From NCBI GenBank assembly GCA_000002435.2, contig CM018793.1: DNA of 64,000 nucleotides; one strand, written 5' to 3'. The stretch is from Giardia intestinalis. Taxonomy: Eukaryota. Made by a program: the position numbers and the translations under genes. The notes under the pieces are model-generated. The model had not been told where the DNA came from. It saw only the letters and a list, made by a program, of their open reading frames with translations, and ran no database searches. This document shows, piece after piece, positions 10,401 to 21,630 of the stretch (position 1 is the stretch's first letter; each line of letters opens with the position of its first letter).

Positions 10401-10761
10401 CACAGGGCAGAAGGTCGTTCGACAGGCAGGGAGGAGAGGCGTCCCGGGCCACCGAGGCCCCGGAGCCCTGTAAGCCATGGACAGGAGAAGACTCATTGGG
10501 AGAGTTGTCCGTGGCGGAACGGCTGTTGCCAGGCCCAGGCTGGGGGGATGGGGGCCCGTGGGAGCCGCAGAGGGGCTCGCAAGAGGAAGGCCGGGCCATG
10601 GCGGTCGTCGAGGCATCGTTGCCGTCACCCAGCGTCATAGGATCGGGAGTGCCCCTAGGTAGGGGCCTGTGGGAGTCGGTTGGAGCGTGGTTGGGAGGCT
10701 CTGGGCCTGAGGAAGCCCCGATCTCCGTGGTTCCCGAAGGCGCGGAAAGGGCGGAACGCAT
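7432..10761 (-). CDS. Intact 1109-aa R2-type ORF: 2x C2H2 zinc finger, reverse transcriptase, CCHC motif, REL-endonuclease (PD-(D/E)xK)
   Basis: Uninterrupted ORF. ZF1 is CERCGEV..HIGMHH and ZF2 is CSMC...HIARLGH. RT motifs are LLTVDVRNAFNSV, GVPQGDPLS and VVAYADDLVIAS (YADD at nt 8989-9000). CCHCKQPFLPRHHLVCK is followed by RNPTIPVDHLQPDLVIGGGFGDLVVTV...K, the hallmark of RLE-bearing non-LTR elements such as R2. Confidence 0.9.
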   Translation of the reverse strand: MRSALSAPSGTTEIGASSGPEPPNHAPTDSHRPLPRGTPDPMTLGDGNDASTTAMARPSSCEPLCGSHGPPSPQPGPGNSRSATDNSPNESSPVHGLQGSGASVARDASPPCLSNDLLPCGQEPLPIPDDGLPYDLGHDNSPSITDEQEARGADLPAPGGRTTVCERCGEVLPDSAAIDVHIGMHHPPPGSPSPSRSPSPLSGSAPPPAAAEPSPSPTPDPVFPYACSMCRARYKTERGLKAHIARLGHYLPLDATVPERIGVPSGSPSPELLRLLTDVFTEMAGRLPPVEALARFLSTCRRMEGSGRLPPAQSLLRKGLLGRAWQALLSETSSAARVPEPQGKEREAIVHELHPRPMPVSLPPVHHVLGPSPKITAKALLKELQAMRPVAAGPSGLGKPHLLHLCGAAGAAELFTSVLTTLFSSRNWAQLQPLCEFRLKLLPKSGGRWRPIAVQETLLVAFHRLLLRRTPALRKLPAWQLAFEHLAQMKAIRAAEELKRTHHLLTVDVRNAFNSVPHSVILFALRRAGVVQPTVAYIESFLAARHSSDLPAVPAGVPQGDPLSMAMFCQSLVWPVETYLGQYKVVAYADDLVIASEEAIPIDTVKSDAQSALSRIGLTVELSKCSSTQAGAISFMGTRVLKHSSFNLAQTSARRLHEHLAVLRASGLSLHDRLRLLSACVVPAVNYGPLVDDYPGPSPYADVDAQIVEEVATLLEIPEPLAKTLALTPRAKYGLGLVLPHHYYDEMHRQRQDMKAGVFRELRKKRLQDTAALRSFLPLALLGCAPLDNTQVLFIGDCLAGRYQRGRPMGTCCHCKQPFLPRHHLVCKAINGIHVARHDKILDALLACSRGRAGSVVRNPTIPVDHLQPDLVIGGGFGDLVVTVPWRLERSYALKAAKYRPLVLQGRAAHILPVVVGADGVLHHLSAAGLAFAGVDLARFMQEAAQVILWHYRLSALLYAGLRVERPVHRPAPAVSLPEPAPNEARATPPTPLTPAMWSPGTSPSVEIMADLSQHPDAAVPPPWGPAEVSSSITWGTDHPAQPDANERPDPFMCSRAPSPPPLDDDSPDDAGAPEPVHKALPSFFKRVGPPKPHAPDGFYPFKRIDTGR
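8056..8328 (-). other. CCHC motif plus restriction-enzyme-like endonuclease domain of the E1 ORF (aa 812-902)
   Basis: C812-X2-C815...H823/824...C827, followed by the PD869-870...D879...K895 catalytic-type spacing. Confidence 0.75.
8662..9579 (-). other. Reverse-transcriptase domain of the E1 ORF (about aa 395-700)
   Basis: Non-LTR RT motifs including DVRNAF, PQGDPLS and YADD. Confidence 0.85.
10015..10269 (-). other. N-terminal DNA-binding region of the E1 ORF: two C2H2 zinc fingers (aa 165-186 and 227-249)
   Basis: CX2C-X12-HX3H and CX2C-X12-HX5H spacing. R2-family proteins carry one to three N-terminal zinc fingers that bind the rDNA target. Confidence 0.7.
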
Positions 10762-10763
10762 GG

Positions 10764-10777
10764 TTTTTTTTTTTTTT
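10764..10777 (-). repeat. Poly(A) tail (14 nt) of copy E2
   Basis: Homopolymer at a unit boundary. Confidence 0.9.
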
Positions 10778-12906
10778 CAGAGGCGGTTTACTACGTAATA
10801 TGCGCGCAAGGCGGTAAGGACATTGGAGGGGAGGCAGCCTCACGACGGAGGGGAAGGGCCCGCCCGGGGCGCCCAGCCCCCGTGCCCGCGTGGTCTCGCG
10901 GCGGGGGCGCGGCCAGGGGGGCCTTCTCCCCAGCTCCAGGGGTATGCTCCTGTGCGCGGGGGCGCGCGGGTCACGGCCAGGGGGGCCAGGCGCTGCAGGC
11001 TGTGTGTTAGTGGATCCGCGGAGAGGGCGGCCTGCGGTGTTAGGGCATAGCGGCATGCAGACATACAGGCCCGAGGGAGGCGTGCCATGTGAGGGGGAGT
11101 GGTAGGGGGGCATCCTGGAGGATCGATGGCGAAGGTGCCGATCCTCCTCCGTGGCGGCGCAGGAGTCCTGGATGAGACGTGATGGCGTGGGTGCTTGGCC
11201 TTTGCTCGAGCGCATGGTGTGGGTGGACCGATTCCCCGCATCCTCCAGGCCCTGCGGGGGCGGTCTTCAGGCCCAAATTCTGGATTTTGGAAAAAATAAA
11301 ATCCACCATGAGCGTCGCCCCGGCGCAACCAGCAGGCCCTGGGCCGCGGAAACAAAGAGACAAATAGCCCGTGGACCAAGAAGAGTGCAGGCCTGTTTGG
11401 GGGGTAGAAGACGACGCGTCGGGCCAGAAACCCAGGGATCCAGGATTCCAGTCAAAGGCAGGCCTACAGACCGGCCCACTGCACCGCGCACATACGCGAG
11501 GCACCATAATGCTGTTGCACTAAAAAGGGAAGCGCGAGCCCAGAGAACCGGCGAGGAAACAGCTTGGGGGTGGAGGGGTTTGGGGAGCCCAAATTCTGGC
11601 CCATCGACACACGGGGTGAGCTGTGGCCGGCCCAAGGGGACAGCGTGGACAGGTGTGTGCAGTGCCCCATATAAGGATGCACGATGGGGATCGGCCGGGG
11701 CCACCGATTCGGGGGACAAGGGAGACGCGTCCGGACTGTCCCCGGGAGTCCGTGAGAAGGGAGGGTGCGGACCGTGCGCCATAGCTAGCCCATCCACACG
11801 TGTCGTGCTATTCCAGAATGGTGGCTCACCGGAGGCGTCTGGCCAAGATGGCGGGGGCAGCGGGGCGGTGGTCCCATACGGCCCAGGAGGCCGACAGAAG
11901 GTCACGCCTGAGAGAGCAGACTGACGGCTTAGGAGGTGGTGTGGGGAGGCACGGGTGATGGAGGAGGCCCCCTAAGGGCGGGTCCAGGCTGATGACGCCA
12001 GCTCAGGACAGACCGGCAGAGCGCCGTGGAGCCATATTCTTCTGTGCGTGCCAGTCCCATCTGTGACAAGCAACCCATGTGGTGCCAGCGCTGGTGGGAG
12101 GCATGTGGCCCAGGTATGGAGCGAAACCTGGGGGCCCGGCCGGGACTGTCAACAGCCGTCACCGCGACTCAGCGGAGACCGAGCAGGAGAGGTAGAGAGG
12201 AGCAGGGGAGAATGGGCCAGGCAAACACAGGCGCATGAGGGATGGCCCATTGGAGGGCAAGCACCTGGAGGCCAGGGCCAGAGTGACCAGGTTCCCTGTA
12301 CCGGGGCGCCCAGAGTGGGTACATGAGGGGGGGCAGTGGGGAAGCGATGCACCCGAGGGCTCAGTAGCACATAGCACCCGGCCATCCTCTCCAGGGGGCA
12401 CCGGGGCGCTGCAGCAGAGGATGGCCCGAGCCAGGGCTGTGCCGCCCCGGACCGGAGGCGGCCACTGGCGGGCAGTTCCATGGGGGGATCAGCACGGCGC
12501 GGTGCGATGGTACGAATGACACACGGGGCTAGCCTCTTCCCCCAGCACCAGCTCGCCAGACTCAGCACCCAAGGACCGCCGCTGCCCGGGAGGACAGACA
12601 GACGAACACCGGGCTGCGGCGTGGGCAGATGACGAGTCCCATCGAGGAAGTGCCCAAACGTAGGCAGGGCGGGTGTCTGGCCATCCAGGGGGGCGTCCGG
12701 CCTGGCCCGGCCTGGTCGAGTGTGTATGGCATCGCGGCTAGGCATCTATCGCACCGTGTCTGGACGTGATGCACACCCGAATGATAGGGGCAAGAGGCCT
12801 CGGGTGCGAGCGAGGAGTACCAGGGGAGACAGCTCGGCACGCAGGCCCAGGGGTCCGTTCGCGCTGTGGGGCAGCCGACAGCGGGCAGGGTGCCCAAGCA
12901 TGACCA

Positions 12907-15900
12907 CTAGCGCCCCGTGTCGATGCGTTTGAAGGGGTAGAAGCCATCAGGGGCATGCGGCTTGGGAGGACCGACGCGCTTGAAGAAGGACGGCAGGGCC
13001 TTGTGCACCGGCTCGGGTGCTCCTGCATCGTCGGGGCTGTCGTCATCCAGTGGAGGCGGGGAGGGGGCCCTTGAGCACATGAAGGGGTCTGGGCGTTCGT
13101 TTGCATCCGGCTGTGCGGGGTGATCGGTGCCCCAGGTGATCGAGGAGGAGACCTCAGCAGGACCCCAGGGAGGAGGGACTGCCGCATCAGGATGCTGGCT
13201 GAGATCGGCCATGATCTCTACGGAGGGCGACGTGCCAGGGCTCCACATGGCAGGGGTGAGGGGAGTAGGAGGAGTAGCCCGAGCCTCGTTGGGAGCCGGT
13301 TCCGGCAGGGATACTGCAGGGGCGGGGCGGTGCACCGGCCTCTCCACTCGCAGCCCAGCGTACAGGAGGGCCGACAGCCTGTAGTGCCAGAGGATGACCT
13401 GCGCCGCCTCCTGCATGAAGCGCGCAAGGTCCACGCCGGCGAACGCGAGTCCGGCCGCAGACAGGTGGTGCAGGACGCCGTCAGCACCGACCACGACGGG
13501 GAGGATGTGGGCCGCCCGCCCCTGGAGCACGAGGGGGCGATACTTGGCGGCCTTCAGGGCATAGGACCGCTCCAGCCTCCACGGGACAGTGACCACCAAG
13601 TCCCCGAAGCCCCCACCGATGACAAGGTCAGGCTGGAGGTGATCCACTGGGATCGTGGGATTGCGCACAACAGACCCAGCGCGACCGCGGGAGCACGCGA
13701 GCAGGGCGTCCAGAATCTTGTCGTGCCGCGCCACGTGAATCCCGTTAATGGCCTTGCACACCAGATGGTGCCTGGGAAGGAAGGGCTGCTTGCAGTGGCA
13801 GCACGTGCCCATCGGCCGGCCCCGCTGGTACCTCCCCGCCAAGCAGTCCCCTATGAACAGGACCTGCGTGTTGTCCAGGGGTGCGCAGCCCAGCAATGCG
13901 AGCGGCAGGAAGGATCGGAGCGCGGCCGTGTCCTGCAGGCGCTTCTTCCTCAGCTCGCGGAAGACGCCCGCCTTCATGTCCTGGCGCTGCCTGTGCATCT
14001 CGTCGTAGTAGTGATGGGGCAGCACCAGTCCGAGGCCGTACTTCGCGCGGGGCGTCAGAGCAAGGGTCTTCGCAAGGGGTTCGGGGATCTCCAGAAGGGT
14101 CGCGACCTCCTCCACTATCTGCGCATCGACGTCGGCATAGGGGGACGGGCCCGGGTAGTCGTCAACAAGGGGTCCATAGTTAACTGCAGGGACGACGCAG
14201 GCAGACAGGAGCCTGAGGCGGTCGTGGAGTGAGAGACCCGAAGCACGGAGGACGGCGAGATGCTCGTGGAGCCGGCGGGCCGATGTCTGCGCGAGGTTGA
14301 AGGAGGAGTGCTTGAGCACGCGGGTGCCCATGAAGGAGATCGCCCCGGCCTGGGTCGAGGAGCACTTCGAGAGCTCGACCGTGAGCCCTATGCGGGAGAG
14401 GGCAGACTGCGCGTCACTCTTCACGGTATCTATGGGAATCGCCTCCTCTGACGCAATGACGAGGTCGTCGGCGTATGCAACGACCTTGTACTGGCCGAGG
14501 TACGTCTCCACCGGCCAGACAAGGCTCTGGCAGAACATCGCCATGGACAGCGGGTCCCCCTGTGGCACGCCCGCTGGGACCGCGGGGAGGTCCGAGGAGT
14601 GCCGAGCCGCGAGGAACGACTCAATGTACGCGACGGTCGGCTGGACCACCCCTGCCCGGCGGAGCGCAAAGAGGATGACGGAATGCGGGACGCTGTTGAA
14701 GGCATTCCGCACATCCACCGTGAGCAGGTGGTGTGTCCTCTTCAGCTCCTCGGCCGCGCGGATCGCCTTCATCTGGGCGAGGTGCTCAAAGGCCAGCTGC
14801 CACGCCGGGAGCTTGCGGAGCGCGGGAGTCCGACGCAGGAGCAAGCGGTGGAAGGCGACCAGAAGCGTCTCCTGCACTGCGATAGGGCGCCATCGGCCGC
14901 CAGACTTGGGCAGAAGCTTCAGCCTGAACTCGCACAGGGGCTGGAGCTGGGCCCAGTTCCTGCTGGAGAAGAGGGTCGTCAGGACAGAGGTGAAGAGCTC
15001 CGCAGCCCCGGCGGCCCCACAAAGGTGCAGGAGGTGAGGCTTCCCCAGCCCAGAGGGTCCGGCCGCGACAGGCCTCATCGCCTGCAGCTCCTTCAGCAGC
15101 GCCTTGGCCGTTATCTTGGGCGACGGGCCGAGCACGTGATGGACGGGGGGCAGAGAGACAGGCATGGGGCGCGGGTGGAGCTCATGGACAATCGCTTCCC
15201 GCTCCTTGCCCTGGGGCTCGGGGACCCTGGCGGCAGAGGACGTCTCGCTCAACAGCGCCTGCCATGCCCGGCCGAGCAGCCCCTTCCGGAGAAGCGACTG
15301 CGCCGGGGGGAGCCGTCCAGAGCCCTCCATGCGGCGGCACGTCGAGAGGAAGCGCGCTAGGGCCTCTACAGGAGGAAGGCGCCCCGCCATCTCTGTGAAT
15401 ACGTCAGTGAGGAGGCGAAGCAGCTCAGGGGACGGGCTGCCACTAGGCACCCCGATGCGCTCGGGGACTGTGGCGTCGAGCGGGAGGTAGTGGCCGAGCC
15501 TGGCGATATGGGCCTTCAGCCCCCTCTCCGTTTTGTATCGGGCCCGGCACATGCTGCATGCATACGGGAACACAGGGTCCGGCGTTGGCGAGGGAGAGGG
15601 CTCGGCGGCTGCAGGTGGAGGGGCAGACCCCGACAGCGGAGAAGGGCTGCGCGACGGAGAAGGTGAACCGGGAGGCGGATGGTGCATCCCGATGTGGACA
15701 TCGATCGCCGCAGAGTCAGGCAGCACCTCTCCGCAGCGCTCGCAGACAGTCGTACGGCCCCCAGGAGCAGGCAGGTCTGCGCCCCGGGCCTCCTGCTCGT
15801 CCGTGATGGACGGGGAGTTGTCGTGGCCCAGGTCGTATGGGAGGCCGTCGTCGGGAATCGGGAGGGGCTCCTGGCCACAGGGCAGAAGGTCGTTCGACAG

Positions 15901-16235
15901 GCAGGGAGGAGAGGCGTCCCGGGCCACCGAGGCCCCGGAGCCCTGTAAGCCATGGACAGGAGAAGACTCATTGGGAGAGTTGTCCGTGGCGGAACGGCTG
16001 TTGCCAGGCCCAGGCTGGGGGATGGGGGCCCGTGGGAGCCGCAGAGGGGCTCGCAAGAGGAAGGCCGGGCCATGGCGGTCGTCGAGGCATCGTTGCCGTC
16101 ACCCAGCGTCATAGGATCGGGAGTGCCCCTAGGTAGGGGCCTGTGGGAGTCGGTTGGAGCGTGGTTGGGAGGCTCTGGGCCTGAGGAAGCCCCGATCTCC
16201 GTGGTTCCCGAAGGCGCGGAAAGGGCGGAACGCAT
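12907..16235 (-). CDS. R2-type RT/endonuclease ORF of copy E2 with one 1-bp frameshift in a G-run near the N-terminus
   Basis: Near 16017, ctgggggatggggg has 5 g where E1 and E0 have 6. The track ORF 12907..16056 (1049 aa) restarts from an in-frame Met just upstream of the shift and still contains every domain. This could be a homopolymer sequencing error. Confidence 0.6.
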
Positions 16236-16237
16236 GG

Positions 16238-16254
16238 TTTTTTTTTTTTTTTTT
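16238..16254 (-). repeat. Poly(A) tail (17 nt) of copy E3
   Basis: Homopolymer at a unit boundary. Confidence 0.9.
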
Positions 16255-18378
16255 AGGGGCGGTTTACTACGTAATATGCGCGCAAGGCGGTAAGGACATT
16301 GGAGGGGAGGCAGCCTCACGACGGAGGGGAAGGGCCCGCCCGGGGCGCCCAGCCCCCGTGCCCGCGTGGTCTCGCGGCGGGGGCGCGGCCAGGGGGGCCT
16401 TCTCCCCAGCTCCAGGGGTATGCTCCTGTGCGCGGGGGCGCGCGGGTCACGGCCAGGGGGGCCAGGCGCTGCAGGCTGTGTGTTAGTGGATCCGCGGAGA
16501 GGGCGGCCTGCGGTGTTAGGGCATAGCGGCATGCAGACATACAGGCCCGAGGGAGGCGTGCCATGTGAGGGGGAGTGGTAGGGGGGCATCCTGGAGGATC
16601 GATGGCGAAGGTGCCGATCCTCCTCCGTGGCGGCGCAGGAGTCCTGGATGAGACGTGATGGCGTGGGTGCTTGGCCTTTGCTCGAGCGCATGGTGTGGGT
16701 GGACCGATTCCCCGCATCCTCCAGGCCCTGCGGGGGCGGTCTTCAGGCCCAAATTCTGGATTTTGGAAAAAATAAAATCCACCATGAGCGTCGCCCCGGC
16801 GCAACCAGCAGGCCCTGGGCCGCGGAAACAAAGAGACAAATAGCCCGTGGACCAAGAAGAGTGCAGGCCTGTTTGGGGGGTAGAAGACGACGCGTCGGGC
16901 CAGAAACCCAGGGATCCAGGATTCCAGTCAAAGGCAGGCCTACAGACCGGCCCACTGCACCGCGCACATACGCGAGGCACCATAATGCTGTTGCACTAAA
17001 AAGGGAAGCGCGAGCCCAGAGAACCGGCGAGGAAACAGCTTGGGGGTGGAGGGGTTTGGGGAGCCCAAATTCTGGCCCATCGACACACGGGGTGAGCTGT
17101 GGCCGGCCCAAGGGGACAGCGTGGACAGGTGTGTGCAGTGCCCCATATAAGGATGCACGATGGGGATCGGCCGGGGCCACCGATTCGGGGGACAAGGGAG
17201 ACGCGTCCGGACTGTCCCCGGGAGTCCGTGAGAAGGGAGGGTGCGGACCGTGCACCATAGCTAGCCCATCCACACGTGTCGTGCTATTCCAGAATGGTGG
17301 CTCACCGGAGGCGTCTGGCCAAGATGGCGGGGGCAGCGGGGCGGTGGTCCCATACGGCCCAGGAGGCCGACAGAAGGTCACGCCTGAGAGAGCAGACTGA
17401 CGGCTTAGGAGGTGGTGTGGGGAGGCACGGGTGATGGAGGAGGCCCCCTAAGGGCGGGTCCAGGCTGATGACGCCAGCTCAGGACAGACCGGCAGAGCGC
17501 CGTGGAGCCATATTCTTCTGTGCGTGCCAGTCCCATCTGTGACAAGCAACCCATGTGGTGCCAGCGCTGGTGGGAGGCATGTGGCCCAGGTATGGAGCGA
17601 AACCTGGGGGCCCGGCCGGGACTGTCAACAGCCGTCACCGCGACTCAGCGGAGACCGAGCAGGAGAGGTAGAGAGGAGCAGGGGAGAATGGGCCAGGCAA
17701 ACACAGGCGCATGAGGGATGGCCCATTGGAGGGCAAGCACCTGGAGGCCAGGGCCAGAGTGACCAGGTTCCCTGTACCGGGGCGCCCAGAGTGGGTACAT
17801 GAGGGGGGCAGTGGGGAAGCGATGCACCCGAGGGCTCAGTAGCACATAGCACCCGGCCATCCTCTCCAGGGGGCACCGGGGCGCTGCAGCAGAGGATGGC
17901 CCGAGCCAGGGCTGTGCCGCCCGGACCGGAGGCGGCCACTGGCGGGCAGTTCCATGGGGGGATCAGCACGGCGCGGTGCGATGGTACGAATGACACACGG
18001 GGCTAGCCTCTTCCCCCAGCACCAGCTCGCCAGACTCAGCACCCAAGGACCGCCGCTGCCCGGGAGGACAGACAGACGAACACCGGGCTGCGGCGTGGGC
18101 AGATGACGAGTCCATCGAGGAAGTGCCCAAACGTAGGCAGGGCGGGTGTCTGGCCATCCAGGGGGGCGTCCGGCCTGGCCCGGCCTGGTCGAGTGTGTAT
18201 GGCATCGCGGCTAGGCATCTATCGCACCGTGTCTGGACGTGATGCACACCCGAATGATAGGGGCAAGAGGCCTCGGGTGCGAGCGAGGAGTACCAGGGGA
18301 GACAGCTCGGCACGCAGGCCCAGGGGTCCGTTCGCGCTGTGGGGCAGCCGACAGCGGGCAGGGTGCCCAGCATGACCA

Positions 18379-21300
18379 CTAGCGCCCCGTGTCGATGCGT
18401 TTGAAGGGGTAGAAGCCATCAGGGGCATGCGGCTTGGGAGGACCGACGCGCTTGAAGAAGGACGGCAGGGCCTTGTGCACCGGCTCGGGTGCTCCTGCAT
18501 CGTCGGGGCTGTCGTCATCCAGTGGAGGCGGGGAGGGGGCCCTTGAGCACATGAAGGGGTCTGGGCGTTCGTTTGCATCCGGCTGTGCGGGGTGATCGGT
18601 GCCCCAGGTGATCGAGGAGGAGACCTCAGCAGGACCCCAGGGAGGAGGGACTGCCGCATCAGGATCTGGCTGAGATCGGCCATGATCTCTACGGAGGGCG
18701 ACGTGCCAGGGCTCCACATGGCAGGGGTGAGGGGAGTAGGAGGAGTAGCCCGAGCCTCGTTGGGAGCCGGTTCCGGCAGGGATACTGCAGGGGCGGGGCG
18801 GTGCACCGGCCTCTCCACTCGCAGCCCAGCGTACAGGAGGGCCGACAGCCTGTAGTGCCAGAGGATGACCTGCGCCGCCTCCTGCATGAAGCGCGCAAGG
18901 TCCACGCCGGCGAACGCGAGTCCGGCCGCAGACAGGTGGTGCAGGACGCCGTCAGCACCGACCACGACGGGGAGGATGTGGGCCGCCCGCCCCTGGAGCA
19001 CGAGGGGGCGATACTTGGCGGCCTTCAGGGCATAGGACCGCTCCAGCCTCCACGGGACAGTGACCACCAAGTCCCCGAAGCCCCCACCGATGACAAGGTC
19101 AGGCTGGAGGTGATCCACTGGGATCGTGGGATGCGCACAACAGACCCAGCGCGACCGCGGGAGCACGCGAGCAGGGCGTCCAGAATCTTGTCGTGCCGCG
19201 CCACGTGAATCCCGTTAATGGCCTTGCACACCAGATGGTGCCTGGGAAGGAAGGGCTGCTTGCAGTGGCAGCACGTGCCCATCGGCCGGCCCCGCTGGTA
19301 CCTCCCCGCCAAGCAGTCCCCTATGAACAGGACCTGCGTGTTGTCCAGGGGTGCGCGCCCAGCAATGCGAGCGGCAGGAAGGACGGAGCGCGGCCGGTGT
19401 CCTGCAGGCGCTCTTCCTCAGCTCGCGGAAGACGCCCGCCTTCATGTCCTGGCGCTGCCTGTGCATCTCGTCGAGTAGTGAGGGGCAGCACCAGTCCGAG
19501 GCCGACTTCGCGCGGGGCGTCAGAGCAAGGGTCTTCGCAAGGGGTTCGGGGATCTCCAGAAGGGTCGCGACCTCCTCCACTATCTGCGCATCGACGTCGG
19601 CATAGGGGGACGGGCCCGGGTAGTCGTCACAAGGGGTCCATAGTTAACTGCAGGGACGACGCAGGCAGACAGGAGCCTGAGGCGTCGTGGAGGAGAGAAC
19701 CCGAACACGGAGGACGGCGAGATGCTCGTGGAGCGGCGGGCCGATGTCTGCGCGAGGTTGAAGGAGGAGTGCTTGAGCACGCGGGTGCCCATGAAGGAGA
19801 TCGCCCCGGCCTGGGTCGAGGAGCACTTCGAGAGCTCGACCGTGAGCCCTATGCGGAGAGGGCAGACTGCGCGTCACTCTTCACGGTACTATGGGAATCG
19901 CCTCCTCTGACGCAATGACGAGGTCGTCGGCGTATGCAACGACCTTGTACTGGCCGAGGTACGTCTCCACCGGCCAGACCAAGGCTCTGGCAGAACATCG
20001 CCATGGACAGCGGGTCCCCCTGCACGCCCGCTGGACGCGGGGAGGTCCGAGAGTGCGAGCCGCGAGAACGACTCAAGTACGCGACGGTCGGCTGGACACC
20101 CCTGCCCGGCGGAGCGCAAAGAGGAGACGGAAGCGGGACGCTGTGAAGGCATTCCGCACATCACCGGAGCAGTGGTGGTCCTCTTCAGCTCCTCGGCCGC
20201 GCGGATCGCCTTCATCTGGCGAGGTGCTCAAGCCAGCTGCCACGCCGGGAGCTTGCGGAGCGCGGGAGTCCGACGCAGGAGCAAGCGGTGGAAGGCGACC
20301 AGAAGCGTCTCCTGCACTGCGATAGGGCGCCATCGCCGCCAGACTTGGGCAGAAGCTTCAGCCTGAACTCGCACGGGGCTGGAGCGGGCCCAGTTCCTGC
20401 TGGAGGAAGAGGGTCGTCAGACAGAGGGAAGAGCTCCGCAGCCCCGGCGCCCCACAAAGGTGCAGGAGGGAGGCTTCCCCAGCCCAGAGGGTCCGCCGCG
20501 ACAGGCCCATCGGCCTGCAGCTCCTCAGCAGCGCCTGGCCGTTATCTTGGGCGACGGGCCGAGCACGTGATGGACGGGGGCGAGAGACAGGCATGGGCGC
20601 GGGTGGAGCTCATGGACAATCGCTTCCCGCTCCTTGCCCTGGGGCTCGGGACCCTGGCGGCAGAGGACGTCTCGCTCAACAGCGCCTGCCATGCCCGGCC
20701 GAGCAGCCCCTTCCGGAGAAGCGACTGCGCCGGGGGGAGCCGTCCAGAGCCCTCCATGCGGCGGCACGTCGAGAGGAAGCGCGCTAGGGCCTCTACAGGA
20801 GGAGGCGCCCCGCCATCTCTGTGAATACGTCAGTGAGGAGGCGAAGCAGCTCAGGGGACGGCTGCCACAGGCACCCGATGCGCTCGGGGACTGTGGCGTC
20901 GAGCGGGAGGTAGTGGCCGAGCCTGGCGATATGGGCCTTCAGCCCCCTCTCCGTTTGTATCGGGCCCGGCACATGCTGCATGCATACGGGAACACAGGGT
21001 CCGGCGTTGGCGAGGGAGAGGGCTCGGCGGCTGCAGGTGGAGGGCAGACCCCGACAGCGGAGAAGGGCTGCGCGACGGAGAAGGTGAACCGGGAGGCGGA
21101 TGTGCATCCCGATGTGGACATCGATCGCCGCAGAGTCAGGCAGCACCTCTCCGCAGCGCTCGCAGACAGTCGTACGGCCCCAGGAGCAGGCAGGTCTGCG
21201 CCCCCCTCCGCTCGTGTCGGGCCCAGGTCGTATGGGAGGCCGTCGTCGGCGGGAGGGCTCCTGGCCACAGGCCGACAGGCAGGGAGGAGAGGCGTCCCGG

Positions 21301-21613
21301 GCCACCGAGGCCCCGGAGCCCTGTAAGCCATGGACAGGAGAAGACTCATTGGGAGAGTTGTCCGTGGCGGAACGGCTGTTGCCAGGCCCAGGCTGGGGGA
21401 TGGGGGCCCGTGGGAGCCGCAGAGGGGCTCGCAAGAGGAAGGCCGGGCCATGGCGGTCGTCGAGGCATCGTTGCCGTCACCCAGCGTCATAGGATCGGGA
21501 GTGCCCCTAGGTAGGGGCCTGTGGGAGTCGGTTGGAGCGTGGTTGGGAGGCTCTGGGCCTGAGGAAGCCCCGATCTCCGTGGTTCCCGAAGGCGCGGAAA
21601 GGGCGGAACGCAT
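18379..21613 (-). pseudogene. Degenerate R2-type ORF of copy E3 (many frameshifts)
   Basis: Only fragments remain in the ORF track (18379..18717, 18219..19166, 19025..19312, 19215..19580, 20793..21434, 20939..21613). They carry recognisable pieces of the E1 protein, interrupted by numerous 1-bp deletions. Confidence 0.8.
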
Positions 21614-21615
21614 GG

Positions 21616-21630
21616 TTTTTTTTTTTTTTT
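21616..21630 (-). repeat. Poly(A) tail (15 nt) of copy E4
   Basis: Homopolymer at a unit boundary. Confidence 0.9.

Larger units (their letters stand above)
5290..10763 (-). mobile_element. R2-like (RLE-type) non-LTR retrotransposon, full-length copy E1 (ORF, 2.1-kb 3' region, poly(A))
   Basis: Bounded by a poly(T) 13-mer at 5290-5302 (poly(A) on minus) and by the next copy's poly(T) at 10764. It contains the intact 1109-aa ORF with RT and endonuclease motifs. It has no LTRs, and the poly(A) tail marks it as a non-LTR element. Confidence 0.9.
10764..16237 (-). mobile_element. R2-like non-LTR retrotransposon, full-length copy E2
   Basis: Essentially identical to E1. Its poly(T) 14-mer is at 10764-10777, and the next poly(T) begins at 16238. 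Confidence 0.9.
16238..21615 (-). mobile_element. R2-like non-LTR retrotransposon, copy E3 (ORF part degenerate or low quality)
   Basis: Poly(T) 17-mer at 16238-16254. The 3' region 16255-18378 closely matches E1/E2. The ORF part 18379-21613 has dense 1-bp indels, and the unit is shortened to 5378 bp. Confidence 0.85.
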
